This document shows, piece after piece, positions 1-6,386 of a stretch of 26,606 bases of DNA (position 1 is its first letter; the number at the start of each line of letters is the position of its first letter). This DNA comes from an uncultured virus (IMG/VR IMGVR_UViG_2061766007_000205) (lineage: Duplodnaviria; Heunggongvirae; Uroviricota; Caudoviricetes), in IMG/VR virus record IMGVR_UViG_2061766007_000205. One strand, 5' to 3'. Made by a program: the position numbers and the translations under genes. The notes beneath the pieces are model-generated. The model saw only the letters and a program-made list of their open reading frames with translations. It did not search any database and was not told the DNA's origin.

Positions 1-1
1 C

Positions 2-358
2 ACACCGCAGAGCGTTCTTGAAAAAGCACGAAATAAAAAGACGGAACTTCACAAATGTTTTGAATGGGATGATTCAGTAGCATCTGAAAAGTACCGCCTT
101 ATACAAGCAAGACAGATTATACAACATTTCGTGATAATTCACAACGAAGGTGAAGAAACCGAGCAAAAGATACGCTCATATCAGGTCACAACAGAAGCAA
201 CGAAGTATGAAAAGACCGAACTGTTTTTACAGAAGCCGGATGAATATGCCGCACTTCTGGAACGTGCAAAGGCGGAACTTGAAGCCTTTAAGAACAGATA
301 TAGGACTTTGACAGAACTTGAAAGCATTTTTGCAGAAATCGACTTATTGCTCACATAA
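2..358 (+). CDS. Conserved phage protein, 5'-truncated; partner of the RAMP-like gene (copy 1)
   Basis: The frame is open from base 2: TPQSVLEKARNKKTELHKCFEWDDSVASEKYRLIQARQIIQHFVII...ELEAFKNRYRTLTELESIFAEID. It aligns end-to-end with 1926..2369. The ORF track start at 131 is internal. Confidence 0.85.
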   Translation, partial: TPQSVLEKARNKKTELHKCFEWDDSVASEKYRLIQARQIIQHFVIIHNEGEETEQKIRSYQVTTEATKYEKTELFLQKPDEYAALLERAKAELEAFKNRYRTLTELESIFAEIDLLLT

Positions 359-364
359 GAATAA

Positions 365-580
365 GCCTTGATGGGTGGATTGTTGGCTATTTGCCAAAGT
401 AAAGGAAACTTCAATAAACAAAACCAAAGATAATCATAGCAAAGGAAACAATAGGACATTAAAAAACACTTTACATCAGATAGTCAGCAATGCACCTATC
501 AAGGCGAGCAGATTAAACATTAGAGAATAAGAACAAAATGCAGAACACTTTAGCAAACAATCAGCAAAGGAGAACAAAAA
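365..580 (+). ncRNA. Putative guide-like structured RNA, unit A: 29-bp stem enclosing a pentamer-periodic tract, followed by a second tract
   Basis: 365-393 pairs with 477-505 (G.U wobbles, one G.G mismatch). 396-480 reads as 17 pentamers, all with A at position 3. 510-559 adds 10 more such pentamers. Intergenic, directly upstream of the RAMP-like gene. Confidence 0.75.
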
Positions 581-581
581 C

Positions 582-1265
582 ATGGCAAAAAAGACAGAAA
601 CAATCGTATTGGAGCAGATAAGAAAAGGTAGTTTGATCGTAACAATCGAAGGTATGACAGACCTTCTGTTAAAGGCAATGCCCCGGTCAACAGAGTTAGA
701 GCAGATATTTAAGCAGTCACATCCGAAGGGAACAAAGATTCCTGCAAAGTTCACACAGCCGTATTGCTTGTGGGAAAAACTGATAACTTCTATTCATTGG
801 CAGAATCCTATCACGTTACATGACGATGATTGGTCGCTTTATACCGAAGATGAATGGAAGGACTACATGAAGAACAACAAGCCTTGCATCTTGGGTAAAG
901 CATTTAAGGATTCATTTAAGGAAACATTTGTTTCGTGCGGATTCAAGGAAACAACGGGCAAGGCAGGAACAGACTTTAACAGGACGGTATCAATATCCGC
1001 ATTGAACCCTGTAACATTTGTTGAAGCATCTTATGAACAGACGTTGCCGGAAACAAGCGGTTTGAATAGAACAAAAGTGTTGACGGAAACTAACAGATTC
1101 AGCGGTTGGAAGTGTGATTTTAAGATCAGTTATCTTGAATCCGCTTTCCCGAAAGAAACACTTATGGAAATCATTTCTTATGCCGGAGAGTTTATCGGTA
1201 TCGGCGCAAGACGTGGCGAAGGTTATGGAAGATATTGCATAACCAACATGAAAACAGCGGAATAA
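582..1265 (+). CDS. Stand-alone RAMP-superfamily (Cas7/Csm3-like) protein, copy 1
   Basis: N-terminal strand LIVTIEGMTDLLL; PCILGKAFKDSF resembling the RAMP P.IpGsslKG motif; C-terminal glycine-rich loop GIGARRGEGYGRY. RBS AAGGAG upstream. Confidence 0.75.
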   Translation: MAKKTETIVLEQIRKGSLIVTIEGMTDLLLKAMPRSTELEQIFKQSHPKGTKIPAKFTQPYCLWEKLITSIHWQNPITLHDDDWSLYTEDEWKDYMKNNKPCILGKAFKDSFKETFVSCGFKETTGKAGTDFNRTVSISALNPVTFVEASYEQTLPETSGLNRTKVLTETNRFSGWKCDFKISYLESAFPKETLMEIISYAGEFIGIGARRGEGYGRYCITNMKTAE

Positions 1266-1273
1266 ATAGTTGT

Positions 1274-1298
1274 AGCTGACCTAACGGCATGACGGGGT
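1274..1298 (+). promoter_or_regulatory. Conserved pseudoknot-like leader element upstream of recT (copy 1)
   Basis: agctgacctaacggcatgacggggt; near-identical copy at 3400-3423. GCUG/CGGC stem whose loop ACCU can pair with the downstream GGGU. Confidence 0.5.
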
Positions 1299-1315
1299 AG
1301 GGAAGGATATATCAC

Positions 1316-1575
1316 ATGGCAAATGAATTAACGGTTAAGGAAAAAGGTATTGCGGAGTACCTTGCAAGTCCGGCGGTCAAAGAGAATATCATCAATGTTT
1401 TAGGCGAGAAACACGCGGATGCTTTCATATCTGATTTAGTGGCTTGCGTTCAAAACAATACGGAATTAGCGAAATGCTCAAACAAGTCTATTTTTTCAGC
1501 GGCATTGTTAAGTAGGTCGATCAACTTACCACTTACACCGCAGTTATCTTATTGCTATCTCGTTCCATTTAACAA
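1316..1575 (+). CDS. recT: RecT-family ssDNA annealing protein, N-terminal part, cut by an assembly gap
   Basis: FISDLVACVQNNTELAKCSNKSIFSAALLSRSINLPLTPQLSYCYLVPF is a typical RecT N-terminus. Same syntenic slot as 3512..4279. Ends at the 10-N gap 1576-1585. Confidence 0.75.
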
Positions 1576-1737
1576 NNNNNNNNNNAAGGTACATCACCGA
1601 GAAGAAAGAACGTGATGCAAAGGTAGCGGAAATCCGCAAGAACAGGAGACTATCTCTCGAACTGTACCATCACAAGATAGAAAAGATGCGGCAGGAGGAT
1701 AAAAAGCACAAATACAAATGAAAGGAGGAAAGCACAC

Positions 1738-1926
1738 ATGATTTACAGAGTAATTCTGAAAGTTGGGTATCACAACGCACATTTCGATTTTGAAACGGTG
1801 GAAGATGCGGCAACATTCGCAAGGGTAGCATTGTCTCATATGGTTGATTGTGACGACACGAAAGCGAAAGCGTCTATCACGATGCTGATAATCGACCCTA
1901 CGAAGGAAAGTGAGGAGGATGACTGA
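1738..1926 (+). CDS. Small hypothetical phage protein
   Basis: 62-aa ORF with strong RBS AAAGGAGG; the stop overlaps the next start. Confidence 0.75.
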   Translation: MIYRVILKVGYHNAHFDFETVEDAATFARVALSHMVDCDDTKAKASITMLIIDPTKESEEDD

Positions 1927-2369
1927 TGGAAAGAATCAGATGGTCGGTTGAGGGACTTCACAAAGCTGATGCTCAAAAATGCTACAACGAATGTCAGACC
2001 CTTGAGGAAGTCACACCTGCAAACGTCCTTGAGAAAGCACGAAACAAGCGCACAGAACTTCATAAATGTTTCGAGTGGGATGACAGCATAGCGGGCGAGA
2101 AATACAGACTTATTCAGGCGAGAGACGTAATCCGGCATTTCGTGATATACACCCCTGATGAGGAAAACTTGCCGAAGATCCGTTCGTATCAGATTTCAAC
2201 AGAATGTACCAGATATGAACCTACTCGGATGTTTCTTCAGAACCCGGACGAGTACACGGAATTGCTTAAAAGGGCAAAGAATGAACTTGAAGCCTTTAAG
2301 CAGCGGTATAAGACCTTGACGGAACTTGAAACGATTTTTGAGGAGATCGACAGATTTCTCGAAGGATAG
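1926..2369 (+). CDS. Conserved phage protein (LHKCFEWDD motif); partner of the RAMP-like gene (copy 2)
   Basis: 147-aa ORF with GAGGAGG RBS; homologous to 2..358 and in the same position relative to the RNA array and RAMP gene. Confidence 0.85.
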   Translation: MERIRWSVEGLHKADAQKCYNECQTLEEVTPANVLEKARNKRTELHKCFEWDDSIAGEKYRLIQARDVIRHFVIYTPDEENLPKIRSYQISTECTRYEPTRMFLQNPDEYTELLKRAKNELEAFKQRYKTLTELETIFEEIDRFLEG

Positions 2370-2378
2370 AAATACCTA

Positions 2379-2504
2379 TAGCAAGCGTAGTGTTGGCTTT
2401 ATGCCAAAAGAAAAGTCTCAAAAAGCGAACCAAAGGAGAGATAAAAAAACCGAAAGAAACCACACTACACAAAACTAAACATAAAGTCAGCACTACGCTT
2501 GCTA
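2379..2504 (+). ncRNA. Putative guide-like RNA, unit B: 25-bp stem enclosing a pentamer tract
   Basis: 2379-2403 tagcaagcgtagtgttggctttatg pairs with 2480-2504 cataaagtcagcactacgcttgcta (two G.U). 2407-2481 is 15 pentamers, 14 with A at position 3. Confidence 0.75.
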
Positions 2505-2516
2505 AAAAAATACCAA

Positions 2517-2571
2517 AAACCAAAGCATACTTAACGAAACCAGATTAAAGGAAACGAAAGCAAATTACAGA
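2517..2571 (+). repeat. Pentamer-periodic linker tract between units B and C
   Basis: aaacc aaagc atact taacg aaacc agatt aaagg aaacg aaagc aaatt acaga: 11/11 with A at position 3. Confidence 0.75.
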
Positions 2572-2735
2572 TAGGACTTTGGCTTTATGCCAAAACTAAA
2601 GCAGACATTGAGAAGGAAAAGAACACTACACTAAAACTAACAAAAGCATGAAGTCAAACTCCTGTCTGTAATGAGACAGTACCAAAAGAAAGTCACGAAA
2701 GGAAACACACACCAAAACAAACTAAAAAACAGAAA
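2564..2735 (+). ncRNA. Putative guide-like RNA, unit C: 27-bp stem enclosing a pentamer tract, plus a trailing tract
   Basis: 2564-2590 pairs with 2646-2672 (three G.U, one C.C). 2593-2647 is 11 pentamers, 9 with A at position 3. Further AAA-NN units follow at 2674-2733 with register slips. Confidence 0.7.
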
Positions 2736-2747
2736 GGGGAAACAGCA

Positions 2748-3386
2748 ATGAAGAAAGAAGTTGAAGTTATCGAGTTTAAGCCTATTGTACCGAAAACGGT
2801 AGAAATCACGATTGAGGGTGATACGGATCTTGTGTTGAACAAGATGAATGATGTTACCACAAGACAGTTGACGGATGCCAGAAAGGACAAGGCAAAGGAT
2901 TTATCAAAGCCTAACGAATGGGAGGAGATCATCACGGCAGTTCATTGGATAAACGGCAAGCCGGAAGAGTTCTCGGAAAAGACCCTCAAGGAATGTCTGA
3001 ACCCGAAGAAAAATGCTCCTTGCATAACAGCTTTCGGACTTAAAAAGAGTTTCGGAGAGGCGCTTACTCGAAACAAAATCAGCACATACTCCACGGAGTT
3101 TAGGGCAACTGTAAATGTTATCGGGGAAAGAGCAAATCTCATTCCGATAAGGTTTTCTGAATATCATTTGGACGAAATGCTCATGTCACCGAAGAAGGGT
3201 GCGCCTGTCCTTGTAAAACTGAATAGGTTCAGCGGATGGAGTGCAAAATTCAGAATCAGTTTCCTTGAGAATGTGTACTCACTTGAGCAGATCGTGAACA
3301 TCATAAACTTATCTGGTTTCGGTATTGGTATCGGTTCAAGCAGAAACAGTGACTTTGGCAGGTATCATGTCACGAACATACAGTAA
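2748..3386 (+). CDS. Stand-alone RAMP-superfamily (Cas7/Csm3-like) protein, copy 2
   Basis: VEITIEGDTDLVLN, PCITAFGLKKSF, NRFSGW and the glycine-rich loop GFGIGIGSSRNSDFGRY. Clearly homologous to 582..1265. Confidence 0.75.
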   Translation: MKKEVEVIEFKPIVPKTVEITIEGDTDLVLNKMNDVTTRQLTDARKDKAKDLSKPNEWEEIITAVHWINGKPEEFSEKTLKECLNPKKNAPCITAFGLKKSFGEALTRNKISTYSTEFRATVNVIGERANLIPIRFSEYHLDEMLMSPKKGAPVLVKLNRFSGWSAKFRISFLENVYSLEQIVNIINLSGFGIGIGSSRNSDFGRYHVTNIQ

Positions 3387-3399
3387 ACCTCCATATATA

Positions 3400-3423
3400 A
3401 GCTGACCTATCGGCTATACGGGG
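3400..3423 (+). promoter_or_regulatory. Conserved pseudoknot-like leader element upstream of recT (copy 2)
   Basis: agctgacctatcggctatacgggg, matching 1274-1297; followed by an unstructured A-rich leader up to the recT RBS. Confidence 0.5.
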
Positions 3424-3511
3424 AAGTAAAAAACATTTTACATAAACAAAGACAATAAGAAAAAGGGAAAGAAAAATTAAAAAAATCAAACTATTTAAGA
3501 AGGGAGACAAT

Positions 3512-4279
3512 ATGGCAACGAATGACAAGAATTATTTGGTAGAGATTCACAGTGGGTTAAATGACAGCCTTGATAAGCAGGTGGCAGCATTACCCAAAAA
3601 TTTCAACAAACAAAGGTTTATGCAGAATTGCATGACAGTATTGCAGGACGGAACGGCAGACTTTTCAAAGTGCGATGCCAAAACCGTTGTCAGGACACTT
3701 CTAAAAGGAGCATTTCTCGGACTCGACTTTTTCAATGGCGAGTGTTACGCGATTCCATACGGGTCTAACGTTTCGTTTCAGACAAATTATACAGGCGAAA
3801 TCAAGCTGTGCAAGCGGTATTCAAGCAATCCCATTCAGGACATATATGCAAAGATTGTTCGTGATGGAGATCAGTTCGAAGAAATCATTGAGAACGGAAA
3901 GCAGACAGTTACGTTTCATCCAAAGGCTTTTAACAACGGAGAGATTATCGGTGCATTTGCGGTTTGTCTTTATAAAGATGGCGGCATGATATATGACACC
4001 ATGAGCGTTGCCGAAATCGAACATACTCGGCAGACATTTTCAAAAGCACCGAACAGTAAGGCATGGAAAGAGAGTTACGGGGAAATGTGCAAAAAGACCG
4101 TTCTCCGCAGACTTTGTAAACTAATTGACCTTAATTTCGATACGGCAGAACAGATGCAAGCCTTTGAGGACGGATCAGCCTTTGATGTGAAGGAACATAA
4201 GCCAGAGCCTGAAAAGGCGGTTGATGTTTACGCAGATGTCGAGGCGGTAGAGGTTACGGAGGAAACAAAGGATGAGTGA
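3512..4279 (+). CDS. recT: RecT-family recombinase / ssDNA annealing protein
   Basis: LGLDFFNGECYAIPYG, FQTNYTG, AFAVCLYKDGG and W...EMCKKTVLRRLCK motifs. Confidence 0.92.
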   Translation: MATNDKNYLVEIHSGLNDSLDKQVAALPKNFNKQRFMQNCMTVLQDGTADFSKCDAKTVVRTLLKGAFLGLDFFNGECYAIPYGSNVSFQTNYTGEIKLCKRYSSNPIQDIYAKIVRDGDQFEEIIENGKQTVTFHPKAFNNGEIIGAFAVCLYKDGGMIYDTMSVAEIEHTRQTFSKAPNSKAWKESYGEMCKKTVLRRLCKLIDLNFDTAEQMQAFEDGSAFDVKEHKPEPEKAVDVYADVEAVEVTEETKDE

Positions 4280-5135
4280 TTTCGTTCTGAATGAGCAGAC
4301 ATATTTCACACCAGAGGCCAATCTCAAGTGGCTTGACTGCTCCACATATAAGAACGTAGTCGGGACTGCCGGAAGAAAAGGCTGTGAGTGTCGCGCTTTG
4401 GCTATCGCTAAAGGTGAATACGAACAGCCAAAGACCGAGCCGCTTTTGGTCGGATCGTATGTTGATGCGTACTTTGATAATTCGCTGTCGCAGTTCTGTC
4501 TTGACAATATGGATGACGTATTCTCCAAAGCGTCTATAAAGAAGTTCGAGAAGAGTGGAAAAGCTGAAGATTTAGAGCGCCTTGCCGCCTTTAAACAGGC
4601 AGACATAATGATAAAACGTGCGATAAAAGAGCCGTTGTTTATGAAATATGTCGAGGGCGAAACACAGAAGATACTGACCGCCGAGATCGAGGGTGTGCCT
4701 ATCCGGGTGAAACTCGACTCATTTGACGGAAACAGAATCACGGACGTAAAGACTGCCGCATCCATCACAGAGACATACTATGCCAAAGATTTGGGGCAGA
4801 GACTTACCTTTATTGAGTATTTCGGATATGTGGAACAGGCATATTTCTATCAGACAGCCGTAGAGCAGAATTTTGGCAAGCGTCTGCCGTTCTATTTGGC
4901 GGTCATAACAAAAGAAAAGCACAACAATGTACCTCATCCGAGAGTAGCGGTTATACAGATCCCCGACAAAGTAATTGAGGATAAGGGGAAAGAGATCAAA
5001 GAGAAAATTCCCGGTGTTTGGAGATTGCTTCAGGGCGAGTATGAGCCTATTCCTTGTGGTACTTGCGAATGGTGTGCTGACTTCCTGCCGCTTGAGAAGG
5101 TTATCAGCATGGATGAGATCATGTTGGAGGTATAG
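4272..5135 (+). CDS. PD-(D/E)XK exonuclease (RecE / DUF3799-like), RecT partner
   Basis: LLVGSYVDAYF, RVKLDS...ITDVKT (D-x-K), Y..QAYFYQ and C-terminal CGTCEWC. Overlaps the recT stop. Confidence 0.85.
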   Translation: MSDFVLNEQTYFTPEANLKWLDCSTYKNVVGTAGRKGCECRALAIAKGEYEQPKTEPLLVGSYVDAYFDNSLSQFCLDNMDDVFSKASIKKFEKSGKAEDLERLAAFKQADIMIKRAIKEPLFMKYVEGETQKILTAEIEGVPIRVKLDSFDGNRITDVKTAASITETYYAKDLGQRLTFIEYFGYVEQAYFYQTAVEQNFGKRLPFYLAVITKEKHNNVPHPRVAVIQIPDKVIEDKGKEIKEKIPGVWRLLQGEYEPIPCGTCEWCADFLPLEKVISMDEIMLEV

Positions 5136-5138
5136 AGC

Positions 5139-5414
5139 ATGATAACCGAGTACATGGACATTTGCCTATTCTGTGGCAGAAAAAAGCAGGACGTTCATCA
5201 TTGTGTGTTCGGCACAGCGAACAGAAAACTATCGGATGCTGATGGGTTAACCGTTCCTGTTTGCCGAGAACATCACGAATTGCTGCATAAGAATGACAAG
5301 ATCAGTAAAGTAATAGGTCAGCTTGCATATGAGCGTGACAGATGCTCCGAAGGATGCACACCAGATAAGGCGCGAAAAATGTTCATTGACCGATACGGTA
5401 AAAATTACCTTTAG
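5139..5414 (+). CDS. Small HNH-like zinc-binding phage protein
   Basis: CLFCG...VHHCVFG...VPVCREHH; RBS GGAGGT. Confidence 0.7.
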   Translation: MITEYMDICLFCGRKKQDVHHCVFGTANRKLSDADGLTVPVCREHHELLHKNDKISKVIGQLAYERDRCSEGCTPDKARKMFIDRYGKNYL

Positions 5415-5542
5415 ATGATGTCAAAATGTGACTTGAAAAACACAGTAACCCGGTCGAAAGACCTAAACATATGCTTGGCAAATTGTATCACAACCAAAAG
5501 CCACACAAACGCCCCTGAAAAATGGGGCGAGAAAGGGGGAAT

Positions 5543-5821
5543 ATGAGCAGAAAGATAAGGGTTGGCGCACTCTGTAAGAAATGCAAATTCTATTCAGGGC
5601 GAACGCAGACTTGTGATTACTGCAATATCATGCACCAATCCCGACTATACACGAACGGGGTGAGGCTTGACCCTAAATTTTGCAACAAGTTTGTGATGGG
5701 AAAGAGAGAATATAACGCAGTTGATTGGAAAAACGGAAGGACAAACGGAGAACGTGACTACTCACAAGATCGTAATAGAGGGTGCATATTACGGCACAAA
5801 GACATTACCGAGCCTGAATGA
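5543..5821 (+). CDS. Cys-rich hypothetical protein
   Basis: RBS GAAAGGGGG precedes the ATG at 5543 (in frame with the 5522 ORF); CKKC and CDYC pairs. Confidence 0.6.
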   Translation: MSRKIRVGALCKKCKFYSGRTQTCDYCNIMHQSRLYTNGVRLDPKFCNKFVMGKREYNAVDWKNGRTNGERDYSQDRNRGCILRHKDITEPE

Positions 5822-6158
5822 TTATCTAGCAGAACAAGGCAGACATCCGAAAGCCGGGGGCAAACAGAAAAATGATTATATGTGGGTTTGCATAGGTGCA
5901 ATCAGGAAGTGCCTAAAAGGTTGGAAAGTGACGAATCCACCTATCATTTTGAAGTATGACTTCTACGAACCAAAAGACGGACACGCAAGGGATATAGGCA
6001 ACATTTTGGGTGAAGCTGACAAACTGTTTGAGGATGCTTTGCAAGCGTGTAAGGTCATTGGAAATGACAATCCTGATTGGGTCATAGGCATACAAGGATT
6101 TTATCATCAGACAGACGGAGAACCGTATATTGAGATTGAGATTGAGGAAAGGGGTTAG
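5754..6158 (+). CDS. rusA: RusA-like Holliday junction resolvase
   Basis: LPSLNDY, FYEP...RDIGNI...K..EDALQ...IGNDN and C-terminal IEIEI. Likely GTG start at 5754 after GGAG. Confidence 0.75.
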   Translation: MTTHKIVIEGAYYGTKTLPSLNDYLAEQGRHPKAGGKQKNDYMWVCIGAIRKCLKGWKVTNPPIILKYDFYEPKDGHARDIGNILGEADKLFEDALQACKVIGNDNPDWVIGIQGFYHQTDGEPYIEIEIEERG

Positions 6159-6161
6159 AAG

Positions 6162-6386
6162 ATGGCAAAGAAAAAGACGCAGTGTGACAAGATTTTGAAG
6201 TTCATGGAAACGCATAAGAACGGCATCAACGGGCAACAGGCATACCGAGTAGCAAGATCAATGAACCTGCCGCAGAGGATATATGACCTGCGCAAGAGAG
6301 GACACGAGATCGAAGATGATTTCGTTAACGTCAAGGGAGAGGACGGGACTGTTTACAGAGTAAAGCAGTATAGGTTGGTGAGGTAG
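6162..6386 (+). CDS. Small winged helix-turn-helix protein (HTH_39-like)
   Basis: QCDKILKFM...RIYDLRKRGHEI...YRL pattern. Confidence 0.7.
   Translation: MAKKKTQCDKILKFMETHKNGINGQQAYRVARSMNLPQRIYDLRKRGHEIEDDFVNVKGEDGTVYRVKQYRLVR

Noticed and set aside
365..505. Stems interpreted as terminators or MITE terminal inverted repeats
   Set aside because: The loops are 55-85 nt with no U-tract, the mismatches are G.U-biased (RNA-level), the arms differ between copies, and no target-site duplication is seen.
181..754. Minus-strand ORFs 181..459 and 476..754 (also 2296..2523 and 2693..2935)
   Set aside because: They overlap real plus-strand genes. Their F/L/C/V-rich sequences are the by-product of reading the A-rich pentamer tracts backwards, and they lack RBSs.
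1576..1615. C-terminus of the 99-aa ORF 1316..1615
   Set aside because: The ORF reads through an N-gap, and the sequence after the gap belongs to a different gene.
359..2747. Canonical CRISPR array next to the Cas7-like genes
   Set aside because: There are no identical 25-40-bp direct repeats with unique spacers. Only a ~15-nt core recurs, and the intervening sequence is pentamer-periodic.
3424..3505. A-rich recT leader as a further pentamer tract
   Set aside because: A-rich, but no consistent 5-nt register with G/C-rich variable positions, and no enclosing stem or TTGGC core.
4272..5135. Cas4 assignment for the PD-(D/E)XK nuclease
   Set aside because: Coupling to recT and the motif pattern fit a phage RecE-like exonuclease; there is no cas1/cas2.
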